64,000 nucleotides of DNA from an uncultured Chloroflexia bacterium (GTDB lineage Bacteria > Chloroflexota > Limnocylindria > Limnocylindrales > CSP1-4). The notes beneath the pieces are model-generated. The model saw nothing but the letters and a program-made list of their open reading frames with translations, had not been told where the DNA came from and ran no database searches. The position numbers were made by a program, and so were the translations under genes. The stretch spans positions 182,483-246,482 of the forward strand of contig CAWGVH010000004.1 of NCBI GenBank assembly GCA_963825995.1, read 5' to 3'. Shown piece after piece: positions 1 to 9,090 of this stretch; position 1 is the stretch's first letter; each line of letters opens with the position of its first letter.

Positions 1-713
1 AGGCCCTGGTCGATGCCGGCCTGGCCGTCGCGGATGCCGCCATCTCAGTCATCACCGTCCTGACGCTGGTCTACTTCTGGCTCACCGGCCACCAGCGTCT
101 ACAGCGCTTCGCCCTGGCGCTGCTGCCGGCCGAGCATCGGCACGGGGTGCGTAGTGGCTGGAACGAAGTCGAGACGCGCCTGGGTCTCTGGGTGCGCGGC
201 CAGCTCATCCTCATGGCCGCCATCTTCAGCATGACGACCGTCGCCTATTTCGTGCTCGGCCTGCCCAATGCCCTGCTCCTGGGTCTGATCGCCGGCCTGG
301 CGGAGATCATCCCCATCGTCGGCCCGCTCCTCGGCGCCTTGCCGGCCCTCCTTGTGGCAGCCGTCACAGGACAGATCGAGCTGGTCCTGTTGGTGGGCAT
401 CGTGTACGTCGTCATCCAGGTCGTGGAAGGCAACGTCCTGGTGCCGATGGTCATGAAGAGCACCATCGGTGTCCCGCCATTCCTGGTGGTCGTCAGCCTC
501 GTGGTCGGCGCAGCCACCGCCGGCCTCGTTGGGGCTCTCCTCGCGGTGCCGCTCGTGGCGGCACTCGTGGTCATCCTCGAACGGGCCCAGGCACGCCAAG
601 TCGTGGTCTCCCTTGAGGGTCACAGTGGGGGTGAGACCCCCAGCGCGGTGGAGCGCGAGGAGATGGGGCGGGTGGGCTCCGGCCAGCCAGCCAAGGGAAC
701 GTCCGCGGGCTGA
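1..713 (+). CDS. AI-2E family transporter (PerM/UPF0118-type permease), N-terminus outside window
   Basis: Frame 3 is open from the window edge to the TGA at 711-713. The translation is multi-TM and carries the family-typical segment GLIAGLAEIIPIVGP...VVEGNVLVPMVM. Confidence 0.75.
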   Translation, partial: ALVDAGLAVADAAISVITVLTLVYFWLTGHQRLQRFALALLPAEHRHGVRSGWNEVETRLGLWVRGQLILMAAIFSMTTVAYFVLGLPNALLLGLIAGLAEIIPIVGPLLGALPALLVAAVTGQIELVLLVGIVYVVIQVVEGNVLVPMVMKSTIGVPPFLVVVSLVVGAATAGLVGALLAVPLVAALVVILERAQARQVVVSLEGHSGGETPSAVEREEMGRVGSGQPAKGTSAG

Positions 714-845
714 CGGAGGACGCTTGCGTACCGCCATGCGACTGCGATGTGGCACGGGCCCAGGTCGTCGCGGCCGAAAGGTGATGACCTCCATGATCGA
801 GGTGGTGGCGCGACCGCGCTGGCCTGAACACACGACGGAGGGATC

Positions 846-1349
846 ATGTCGGAAGCCAAGTACGGCGAGGGGTTCATCAAGCATGAGTTCGATGAGGCCA
901 TCGCCATCCAGGAGGCCATCGTGGAGGGCGAACGGGAGCTGGCCACGCGTCACCCGGTCGCTGACGTCAAGCGGACGCTCAAGGGCCTGCTGAAGGAGGA
1001 CGATCGGTTCCTCAAGGACCTCAGGCGTCTCGGCCAGGAGCACGATGCCAGCGGCGTGGCCGAGGAGGTCGCCGAACCTCTCGTCACCCTCATGCGGGAG
1101 ACAGCCTCGTCAGCTGGCGAGGCGGAGAGCGAGGCCTATGAAGCGCACGCTGTGCTACTTGCCCTGAAACGGAAGCAGCAGGATTCGGCTGCGGCCATGC
1201 TCATGATCGCCCGTGAGCAGGGTGATGCTGACCTGCGGGACCTGGCGCGCGCCTTCGAGCGCGGCCAGAAGGCGAGCGCCGACACTCTCAGTGAATCCCT
1301 GGGCACGCTGGCGGTCCACATCGCACAGGCGGACAGCGCCGCGGCCTGA
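846..1349 (+). CDS. hypothetical helical cytoplasmic protein
   Basis: 167-aa ORF with an SD-like GGAGGG just upstream of the ATG. Protein-like acidic/helical composition. No family recognised by eye. Confidence 0.55.
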   Translation: MSEAKYGEGFIKHEFDEAIAIQEAIVEGERELATRHPVADVKRTLKGLLKEDDRFLKDLRRLGQEHDASGVAEEVAEPLVTLMRETASSAGEAESEAYEAHAVLLALKRKQQDSAAAMLMIAREQGDADLRDLARAFERGQKASADTLSESLGTLAVHIAQADSAAA

Positions 1350-1417
1350 TCCGCAGATCGCCATGGGAACGCACTGGTGCGTCGGTCAACGAGGGATGAC
1401 TCGGCGACCGGCGCATC

Positions 1418-2110
1418 TCAGCGGATGAGCATAGCCAGCGCGGCCAGCCAGGGACGGCGGCCGACCCGGCGGCGACCCGCCAGCACGCCCCGCAGCAGGC
1501 CGCGCGCATCGGGCGGATGGAGCGTGGCGCTGTGACCGCTCCGATCTGCCACGAAGCGCTGGGTCGCGGACGCGGTGCGGGGCGGGATGACGATCGTCAG
1601 GGTGACGCCATCGCCGACCCGCGCCAGCTCAGCACGCTTCGCCTCGCACCAGGTCCAGAGGGCCGCCTGTGGGGCCGCAACGTCGGCCAGCCCGGCCAGC
1701 CCAAGCCGGGCGTTCTGCGGGACAAGCACGCCGATGCGGCCAGAGCCCCGATCGAGCATGGCCTTCGAGACCTTATCGACCAGTCCGGCCGGGGCCAGGT
1801 AGTCGGTCTGAGCGAGCGTCGCGCGGTCGCCATCGGTTGACACTGCCGCATGGATCAGGATATCCGGCGCACCTCGAAGCAGCCCCGGTGCCGCCGCCTC
1901 GATGGTGATTCGGAGGTCGGCGAGGGACACCGGCACGGAGAGGTCCAGCTCCACGAACCCCCAGGTCCTTCCGAGCTGGCCGGCCCGCGCAGCCAGATCC
2001 GGGGCATCGCGCCGTCCCAGGGCGAGCACGTCGTAGCCAGCCTCCAGCAGCGCCCGGGCGAAGGCACCGCCCCAGGCGCCGGTCGCGCCGGTCAACCACG
2101 CCGTGCTCAT
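1418..2110 (-). CDS. SDR-family NAD(P)-dependent oxidoreductase
   Basis: N-terminal glycine-rich dinucleotide motif LTGATGAWGGAFARAL. The ATG overlaps the stop of the upstream gene (ATGA at 2107-2110). Confidence 0.75.
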   Translation of the reverse strand: MSTAWLTGATGAWGGAFARALLEAGYDVLALGRRDAPDLAARAGQLGRTWGFVELDLSVPVSLADLRITIEAAAPGLLRGAPDILIHAAVSTDGDRATLAQTDYLAPAGLVDKVSKAMLDRGSGRIGVLVPQNARLGLAGLADVAAPQAALWTWCEAKRAELARVGDGVTLTIVIPPRTASATQRFVADRSGHSATLHPPDARGLLRGVLAGRRRVGRRPWLAALAMLIR

Positions 2111-2925
2111 GACGCAGCCCCGGGCCGCTCAGCGGCAGCCCTCGGGGGCGCGCCTGCAGCCACTCGTTCGAGCGTCACCACGCCGAAGAGCCCCTGCGGC
2201 TCGTGCTCGACCCTGACCGCCCGCCACCCCAGCGGCTCGGCCTCCGCGATGACCTCGTCGGCGCTGCGGACGACGGCCGTCCACGGCTTACGGTCCCAGT
2301 CGACCAGCACGTCGTGCAGCAGCTTCAGGTCGGTGTGGCCCTCCATGACGGAGAGCACCCAGTGGGCACCTGGCTCCGTCGCGGACGCTCCGGCGGCCAG
2401 GAGCCGCCGCACGTCGGCGACATCGACGAGCAGGTCGAAGAAGCCGGATGCCACGAGGATGTCGAAGCCAGGGTGCGGCCACGTCGCCGGATCGAAGGCG
2501 TCGGCGGCCACGAACGAGATGTCGTCCCGGCCCTCGGCCGCCACACGGGCCTGCCCGCGAGCGCGCTCGTCGGCGTCGATGTCGCCGGCGCAGTACTCTG
2601 CGGCACCCTTGGGCAGCTCGAACAGATACGAGCCCGGCCCTGCGGCCACGTCCAGCAGCCGCTGGCCGGGACGCTGCCCGATGACCTCGCGGAGCTGGCC
2701 GATGAGCAGCTCGCGCCGAGCGCGCACGCCGCGCCACACGGGGTGGTCGAGCATGACCCGGTCGACATACCTGCCGAGCGGGCTGATGCCGTGGGCCTCG
2801 TTGGCGTACACGTAGTCCACCATCGTCCCGGAGTTGAAGCCTTCGCGGTACCCGAGGCGGATGCCGTCGGAGAGCCGTCCGCCGGTCCGCATCAGGATCC
2901 GCAGGGTGGGGTGGTAGAGATCCAT
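2107..2925 (-). CDS. class I SAM-dependent methyltransferase
   Basis: Track ORF 2107..3372 trimmed to the ATG at 2925 (MDLYHPTL...). The upstream part is Arg/Gly/Pro junk overlapping gene 2943..3563. SAM motif I is LLDVAAGPGSY. Confidence 0.75.
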   Translation of the reverse strand: MDLYHPTLRILMRTGGRLSDGIRLGYREGFNSGTMVDYVYANEAHGISPLGRYVDRVMLDHPVWRGVRARRELLIGQLREVIGQRPGQRLLDVAAGPGSYLFELPKGAAEYCAGDIDADERARGQARVAAEGRDDISFVAADAFDPATWPHPGFDILVASGFFDLLVDVADVRRLLAAGASATEPGAHWVLSVMEGHTDLKLLHDVLVDWDRKPWTAVVRSADEVIAEAEPLGWRAVRVEHEPQGLFGVVTLERVAAGAPPRAAAERPGAAS

Positions 2926-2942
2926 GGCAAACGCCTCCCTGT

Positions 2943-3563
2943 TCAGGCCGGTCCCAGCTCGCGGATGGTGCGCGAGACGCGCAGCACCAGCGTGGGGATG
3001 GAAAGGACGACGATGAGGACGCAGACCCACGTCCAATCGAAGGCGACGAAGGTCTGGAGGGCCGCGGCGACCAGGACGATGGCGATGCGGTCCGGCTGGC
3101 CGGCCGGCCCGACCGGCTGTGGTGAGCCACCGGCGACCGCCGGCAGCACCGCACTGATGTTGACCAGCCAGGCCGCGCCCAGGAGCAGCGCCACCCAGCG
3201 CATGTCCGCCCAGGGCGACAGGGCCAGGATGAGCGCGACGTCGCCGATCTCCTGGGGCAGGCGGTTGAGGTAGGGTCCGATCCGAGTCTTCTTGCCGTAT
3301 GCCTCGGCCAGCAGCCCGTCCAGCACGGTCAGGGCCATCCGTCCCAGGATGCCCACGACCACCAGCGGCCACCAGCCGAGCCAGAGGCTGACCGCCGCCA
3401 ACGCTGAGGGCAACAGCGAGGCGAGCGAGACGTGGTTGGGCTGAAGCCGCTTGATACCCGGGATGCGGTCGAGCCAGCGCCGCAGCGCGTACTTGGTCTG
3501 GTAGAGGCCGACGTCAGGGCTCACGTGGCACCTCGGTCGGCCGGCCGTCGAACGCCTCGGCAC
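2943..3563 (-). CDS. CDP-alcohol phosphatidyltransferase-like membrane protein (divergent motif)
   Basis: About 200-aa polytopic protein with LDGLLAEAYGKKTRIGPYLN..EIGD. This resembles, but does not fully match, DGxxARx8Gx3Dx3D. An alternative GTG start at 3524 would give an 11-nt overlap with the upstream stop. Confidence 0.5.
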   Translation of the reverse strand: MPRRSTAGRPRCHVSPDVGLYQTKYALRRWLDRIPGIKRLQPNHVSLASLLPSALAAVSLWLGWWPLVVVGILGRMALTVLDGLLAEAYGKKTRIGPYLNRLPQEIGDVALILALSPWADMRWVALLLGAAWLVNISAVLPAVAGGSPQPVGPAGQPDRIAIVLVAAALQTFVAFDWTWVCVLIVVLSIPTLVLRVSRTIRELGPA

Positions 3564-4251
3564 CGATCAGATGACCGTGCTGAGCCCAGAAGGCCAGCAG
3601 TTCGCCGGGCAGGTCGTGCTCCTCGGCGTCGATGATGGGCTCGCCGAACGTGACGCGGACCGTGCGGAAGGGCCGCCAGAGGGCATGACCGATGGGCCAC
3701 GCCTCGGCCGTCCCGGCCAGGGCCGTCGGCAGCACGGTCCACCCGCTCCGCGCCAGGACGCCGGCCAGCCCGGCCTGCGGCACGAGGCGCTTGCGGCTGC
3801 CGCTCGGGTAGATGAGGAACCAGCCGGGCTCGATGGTCAGCAGCAGCCGCGCCCAGCGGTGCAGCTCGGCCAGCTCGGAGCTCCGGTCGAAGGCAACGGC
3901 CTGGCCGAGGAGGTTGGCCAGGAGGGCCGGCGCCGTGCGCTCGAAGAAGTAGTCGCGTGCGGCCAACACGGTCACGCGGCGGCGGTCGCGCTCGGGCAGG
4001 GCCGCCAGGATGGCCAGCGTGTCGAGGTGGCTCTGGTGGTTGGCCATGATGGCCACGCGCGGCAGGTCAGGCACCGTGCCCACGACCTCGAAGCGGAACT
4101 GCAGGCGAAGGGCCGTGGCCGCCAGGCGGCGGCCGAGCGCGCGGGCCGTGTCCAGGAGCAGGTCCGGCTGGCGTGGGTATTGGCCGAGCCGGGCCACCAA
4201 CGGCAGGTCGAGATCCGGGAAGGGCTCGTACTCGAAGTGCGGCTCGCTCAT
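3514..4251 (-). CDS. lysophospholipid (1-acyl-glycerol-3-phosphate type) acyltransferase
   Basis: HX4D acyltransferase motif ANHQSHLDT and downstream YPSGSR block. ATGA overlap with the cdsA stop (4248-4251). Confidence 0.75.
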   Translation of the reverse strand: MSEPHFEYEPFPDLDLPLVARLGQYPRQPDLLLDTARALGRRLAATALRLQFRFEVVGTVPDLPRVAIMANHQSHLDTLAILAALPERDRRRVTVLAARDYFFERTAPALLANLLGQAVAFDRSSELAELHRWARLLLTIEPGWFLIYPSGSRKRLVPQAGLAGVLARSGWTVLPTALAGTAEAWPIGHALWRPFRTVRVTFGEPIIDAEEHDLPGELLAFWAQHGHLIGAEAFDGRPTEVPREP

Positions 4252-5174
4252 GACGGGAAGCCCCCGAACAGGTAGCCCATGATGTGAGCGAAGGCCGGTG
4301 CCGTGACCATCAGGGAGTTGAGCCGGTCGGTCAGACCGCCGTGACCGGGCAGGACGGCGCCGAAGTCCTTGACGCCGGCGTTGCGCTTGACGTTGGCCAT
4401 CGTCAGGTCGCCGACCTGGCCGCCGATGGTGATGATGAGCCCGGCCACCAGAACGCCCCAGGTCGGCACGCCGGGGAAGATGATGGGGGCCTGGAGGAAC
4501 GTCAGCCCGACGATGGTGACGCCCGCCAGGAGTGAGCCCTCGACCGTCTTGTTGGGGCTGATAGGGGTCCAGTGGTGGTGGCCCACTGCCCTTCCGTAGA
4601 TGAACTGGAGGGCGTCATTGAGCTGCGTCATGAGCAGCACGAAGAGCAGGTAGCCGAGACCGGTCGACGAGCCGTAGAGGTAGCTCAGGTGGGCCAGGAA
4701 GTAGCCGTAGAAGATGGCGCCCACGATCGCCAGCGCGAACCACTGCAGCATGCCTTCGGTGCGGCGCAGGACGATGGGCACGAGGGCCATGGCCAGCACT
4801 GCCCAGGTCGGGATGGCCATGAAGACGTCGTAGCGGCCCAGGTACGCGAAGAGGTTCTCGGTGATGATGGCGCCGTAGACGAGCAGCACGAAGAGCGTCT
4901 GACGGTAGAGGCCCGTGACCCGCGCGTACTCCTTGAAGGCGAGGATGGAGACGACCGCCACGAGCAGGGTCCAGGCGCCCTGCCCCAGCCATATCGCGCC
5001 GAGCGCCACGGGCAGGATGGCGAACCAGGTGCGCAGGGGGACCCAGGCGCCGGGCAAGCGTAGGAGCGCCAGGAGCCCTGCCGTGACGATGACCGTCACG
5101 ACGGTGGCCAGCGTGTAGAGACGCAGCGGATCGCTGCTCAGGGCCCCCGATCCCAGGATGGCGTCGATGTCCAT
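4248..5174 (-). CDS. cdsA: phosphatidate cytidylyltransferase
   Basis: Polytopic 308-aa protein with the C-terminal CdsA signature KRNAGVKDFGAVLPGHGGLTDRLNSL. Confidence 0.85.
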   Translation of the reverse strand: MDIDAILGSGALSSDPLRLYTLATVVTVIVTAGLLALLRLPGAWVPLRTWFAILPVALGAIWLGQGAWTLLVAVVSILAFKEYARVTGLYRQTLFVLLVYGAIITENLFAYLGRYDVFMAIPTWAVLAMALVPIVLRRTEGMLQWFALAIVGAIFYGYFLAHLSYLYGSSTGLGYLLFVLLMTQLNDALQFIYGRAVGHHHWTPISPNKTVEGSLLAGVTIVGLTFLQAPIIFPGVPTWGVLVAGLIITIGGQVGDLTMANVKRNAGVKDFGAVLPGHGGLTDRLNSLMVTAPAFAHIMGYLFGGFPS

Positions 5175-5264
5175 GGCCGGAGCATCGAGCTAAGCCGCCG
5201 CCATGCCATCAGGCATCGCCTTAGTGTCCGACTCATTCACGCGGCCGACTTCGGTGGCGGTACC

Positions 5265-6539
5265 GTGGCGAACATGGACCCTCGCCCCGCCACGCATGAC
5301 ATGGCCCTGCTCTTCGCTGCGCGCAGCGTGCGCATGTTCGGCTACGGCCTGCTGGCAGTGGTGCTCGTGCTGTACCTCGATGCCATCGGCCTGTCCGGCG
5401 GGCAGATCGGGCTGCTGCTGGCGCTCACGCTCCTGGGCGACGCAGTCATCTCGCTGTGGCTGACGACCCACGCTGACCGGCTGGGGCGGCGGCGGGTCCT
5501 CGTGGTGGGCGCCATGCTGCTGCTGGCGGCTGGCCTGGTGTTCTCTGCCACGCCGGTCTTCGTGGTGCTCCTCGTGGCCGCCACCATCGGCGTCATCAGC
5601 CCAAGCGGCAACGAGGTCGGCCCTTTCCTGGCCGTGGAGCAGGCGTCCCTGGCCCAGCTGGCACCGCCAGCCCGGCGCACCCTCCTCTTCGCCCGCTACC
5701 AGATCGCCGGGTCGGTGGCCACGGCGTTCGGCGCCCTGGCCGCGGGGCTCATCGTGGAGACCGTCGCGCGGCGCCTCTCCGACCCGACCGACGCCTACCG
5801 CGCTGTCATCGTGGGCTACGCCCTCGTGGGCATCATCCTGGCCGGGCTCGTCTGGCGCATCTCACCGGCCGTCGAGGTGCCGCCGGCCGAGGCCCACGAC
5901 GAGACCATCCGCTCGCGCCTCGGGCTGCACCGCTCCCAGCGCGTCGTGCTCCACCTCTCCGCGCTCTTCGCCCTCGATGCCTTCGCCGGCGGCTTCGTCA
6001 TGAGCAGCTTCATCGCCTTCTGGTTCAGCCAACGCTTCGGCGTCGATCCAGCCCTCCTGGGGGCCATCCTTTTCGGCGCCAACATCCTGGCTGCCACATC
6101 GGCGCTGGCGGCTGCACCGTTGGCGGCACGCTTCGGGCTGGTGCGGACGATGGTCTTCACGCACCTGCCCTCCAACGTGCTGCTGATGCTCGTGCCCTTC
6201 ATGCCGACCTTGCCGCTGGCGGCCTTGGTGCTGCTCGTTCGCTTCAGCATCAGCCAGATGGACGTGCCGACGCGGCAGTCCTACACCATGGCCATCGTGG
6301 CCCCGAACGAGCGCTCGGCCGCGGCCGGAGTGACGGGCATCGCGCGCAGTCTGGGCGTGGCGGCTTCCCCACTCATCGCCGCGCCGCTACTGGTGGGCTC
6401 AGCCGTCACCGGCGCCCCCTTCGTCATCGGCGGGGCGCTCAAGATCGTCTACGACCTGCTGCTCTACCGCAGCTTCCGGACACTTCGTCCACCGGAGGAG
6501 CGGAGGGAGGCCCAAGAGGCCCTGGAGCGGGCGCCATGA
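5265..6539 (+). CDS. MFS transporter
   Basis: 424 aa, about 12 hydrophobic segments, loop 2-3 motif ADRLGRRRV. Divergent from the cdsA operon. Confidence 0.8.
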   Translation: MANMDPRPATHDMALLFAARSVRMFGYGLLAVVLVLYLDAIGLSGGQIGLLLALTLLGDAVISLWLTTHADRLGRRRVLVVGAMLLLAAGLVFSATPVFVVLLVAATIGVISPSGNEVGPFLAVEQASLAQLAPPARRTLLFARYQIAGSVATAFGALAAGLIVETVARRLSDPTDAYRAVIVGYALVGIILAGLVWRISPAVEVPPAEAHDETIRSRLGLHRSQRVVLHLSALFALDAFAGGFVMSSFIAFWFSQRFGVDPALLGAILFGANILAATSALAAAPLAARFGLVRTMVFTHLPSNVLLMLVPFMPTLPLAALVLLVRFSISQMDVPTRQSYTMAIVAPNERSAAAGVTGIARSLGVAASPLIAAPLLVGSAVTGAPFVIGGALKIVYDLLLYRSFRTLRPPEERREAQEALERAP

Positions 6540-6692
6540 GCGTAGGCGTTTGACAAGGCCGGCCATGTCAGGCACCGTGGAGGACAGCAGCGGCGGTCAA
6601 GCTTCGCTGGGTCAGATCGATCCGGGACGCGCACAAGCGGCCGCTCTGCACAGCGCCGGTCGCCGTTCCGCGCGATCGCGCCAGTCACCGGT

Positions 6693-7949
6693 ATGGCGAC
6701 TGACCTGATTGACGAAGCATCGGTCACTCGTCGGCCCCGACCCCGCGCGGTGCGCGGGACGCTAGCAGGGCCACCCGTGGCACACATCGCATTCGTCTCT
6801 ACGTATCCGCCGCGACGTTGCGGCATCGCCACCTTCACGGCCGACCTGGGGCGGGCCGTCGGCGGACGGGAGATCGTAGCCCTTCGTCGCCCCGGGGAGG
6901 TGGGAGGCCAAGGCCACCTCGTCCACCACGTCATCCACACGGAAGTACGCGCCGACTTTGCGCGGGTGGCCCGGGCCCTGGGCGGGTGCGGCGTCCGGAT
7001 GGTCTCCATCCAGCACGAGTACGGCATCTGGGGTCCCGATGATGGTGAGGGCGTCCTGGACTTCCTGGCTGCGCTCACCATGCCGGCCGTGGTCACGCTG
7101 CACACCGTGCTCCGCCATCCCTCGCCCGCCCAATATCGCATCATGCGGGGCATGCTGGAGGCCGCGGCCGCCGTGGTCGTGATGTCCAAGGCTGCCGCCA
7201 CCATCCTCGGCGAACGCTATGGGGCGGATTTGACCAAGGTGGAGATCATCCCGCACGGCGTGCCCGACCTGCCCTTCGTGGAGCCCAACAGCGTCAAGCC
7301 GTCGCTCGGACTGCTCGGGCGCCAGGTCCTGCTCAGCTTCGGGCTCGTGGGACCCAGCAAGGGCTACGAGGCCGTCATCGAGGCCCTGCCCGCCGTGGTC
7401 CGCGAGGTGCCTGACACACGCTACGTCATCCTCGGCGCCACCCATCCCGAGCTGCTCCGCACCGAGGGCGAACGCTACCGCGAGCGACTCGCGGCTCTGG
7501 CGGCCGACCTGGGCATGACCGGTCACGTGGTCTTCATCGATCGCTTCGTGGAGCAGTCGGAGCTGAGCCGATGGCTCGAGGCGGCCGACGTCTTCGTGAC
7601 GCCCTACCCGAACCTCGGACAGATCGTCTCGGGCACGCTCTCCTACGCGATGGCGGCCGGCAAGGCGTCGGTCTCCACCCCCTACCTGTACGCCTCTGAG
7701 ATCCTGGCCGATGGACGCGGCAGGCTGGTGCCGGCTGGGGATCCGGCTGCCATGAGCACCGCCCTTGTCGAGCTGCTGCTGGACCGAGGACTGCGGACCG
7801 CCATGGCGAAGCGCGCCTACAGCCACGGGCGGGGCATGATCTGGTCACGCGTCGCGGCCGATTACGAGCGCCTCTTCATGAAGCTCCGCATGGTGCCCCG
7901 CAGCGTGGCCATGCCGATCATGCCGGCCATCGCGGTGCCCAGTGCCTGA
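6693..7949 (+). CDS. glycosyltransferase family 4
   Basis: N-terminal IAFVSTYPPRRCGIATF and a C-terminal GT-B fold block (ADVFVTPY...GTLSYAMAAGKASVST). No signal peptide. Confidence 0.8.
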   Translation: MATDLIDEASVTRRPRPRAVRGTLAGPPVAHIAFVSTYPPRRCGIATFTADLGRAVGGREIVALRRPGEVGGQGHLVHHVIHTEVRADFARVARALGGCGVRMVSIQHEYGIWGPDDGEGVLDFLAALTMPAVVTLHTVLRHPSPAQYRIMRGMLEAAAAVVVMSKAAATILGERYGADLTKVEIIPHGVPDLPFVEPNSVKPSLGLLGRQVLLSFGLVGPSKGYEAVIEALPAVVREVPDTRYVILGATHPELLRTEGERYRERLAALAADLGMTGHVVFIDRFVEQSELSRWLEAADVFVTPYPNLGQIVSGTLSYAMAAGKASVSTPYLYASEILADGRGRLVPAGDPAAMSTALVELLLDRGLRTAMAKRAYSHGRGMIWSRVAADYERLFMKLRMVPRSVAMPIMPAIAVPSA

Positions 7950-9090
7950 GCTCGCGCCGCTGTTCCCGGTCAGCCGTCGGCACCTTGATGCCCTCAGCAC
8001 CGAGATCGGGATCATGCAGCACGCGCAGCTGGCGCAGCCCGATCCGGATCATGGCTACTGCACCGACGACGTGGCGCGGGCGCTGCTGGTCGACCTGCTC
8101 CATCAGCTCGAGCTCGGCTGGAGGGCCGTGGAAGCCAGCGCCGCACGCAATGTCCGGTTCCTGGTTGAGGCCTATGACCCGGCCTCCGGCCGATTCCGCA
8201 ACCTGAGGCGCGACGACGGCGCCTGGCTGGACGCGCCGGGCTCGGAAGACGCCGACGCGCGGGCCCTGCATGCGCTAGCCGAGACCATCGCATCGGCGCC
8301 GCCGGGTACAGTCCGCGAGACCGCCCTGGCCCTCTTCACGCGCGCCCTCCCGGGTGCCAGCCAGGTTCCCCACCTGCGACCGCTGGCCACGCTGGTGCTG
8401 GCCTGCGACGCAGCCGTCGGAGCCGGTCTGAAGGGCGATGTGGTGGCGATCGGCCAGCAGGCCGGCCACGACCTGTGGCAGCTGTTCGAGCCCAGCGCTG
8501 CAGCCGAGGACCGCGAGGATGGGCCCTGGAAGGCCGCTGTGTGGCCCTGGCCCGAGGACGTGGTCACCTACGAGAACGAGCTGCCTGCGCGAGCCCTCAT
8601 CGTCGGGGGTCTCAGGCTCGGGCGACCGCGCATGGTCCGAGAGGGCCTGCGGGTCCTTGACTGGCTCATCGGCGCGCAGACAGCGCCAGGTGGTCACCTG
8701 CGGACCGTGGGCAATGACGGTTGGTGGCCGCGCGGGGGCCTCAAGGCCGACTTCGACCAGCAGGCCATTTCGACGACATCGCTGCTGCTCGCGGCCGACA
8801 CCGCCTTCGAGGCGACCGGGCTGGCCCGCTATGGGGACGCCATGGAGATGGCCTACGGCTGGTTCGTAGGCCGCAACGACGCCCACGCTTGGGTCGCCGA
8901 GCCATCGTCCGGCGCCTGTGGCGACGGCATCGGCCCGGCGGGGGTGAGCCACAACCAGGGCGCGGAGTCGACCCTGATGTGGCTCATGGCGCTCGAGCAC
9001 ATGCGTGCCGCGCGGAGGCGTGCATCACGCCCGCCGCCGGTGCCGCGCACGACGCAGGCTGCGCGCGAGGCCCTGGCAGCGGTCTCGTGA
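7942..9090 (+). CDS. hypothetical protein co-translated between two GT4 genes
   Basis: 382-aa ORF with an 8-nt overlap with the upstream GT4 and a 4-nt overlap with the downstream GT4. Protein-like composition (HGYCTDDVARALLVDLL...). No family assigned by eye. Confidence 0.6.
   Translation: MPELAPLFPVSRRHLDALSTEIGIMQHAQLAQPDPDHGYCTDDVARALLVDLLHQLELGWRAVEASAARNVRFLVEAYDPASGRFRNLRRDDGAWLDAPGSEDADARALHALAETIASAPPGTVRETALALFTRALPGASQVPHLRPLATLVLACDAAVGAGLKGDVVAIGQQAGHDLWQLFEPSAAAEDREDGPWKAAVWPWPEDVVTYENELPARALIVGGLRLGRPRMVREGLRVLDWLIGAQTAPGGHLRTVGNDGWWPRGGLKADFDQQAISTTSLLLAADTAFEATGLARYGDAMEMAYGWFVGRNDAHAWVAEPSSGACGDGIGPAGVSHNQGAESTLMWLMALEHMRAARRRASRPPPVPRTTQAAREALAAVS

Noticed and set aside
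1349-1418. Terminator hairpins between convergent genes: ACGCAC-TG-GTGCGT here, and weak GC stems after 24736, 46819 and 59879.
   Set aside because: Stems of 5-6 bp, poor loops and no U-tracts. This is not enough to call intrinsic terminators.
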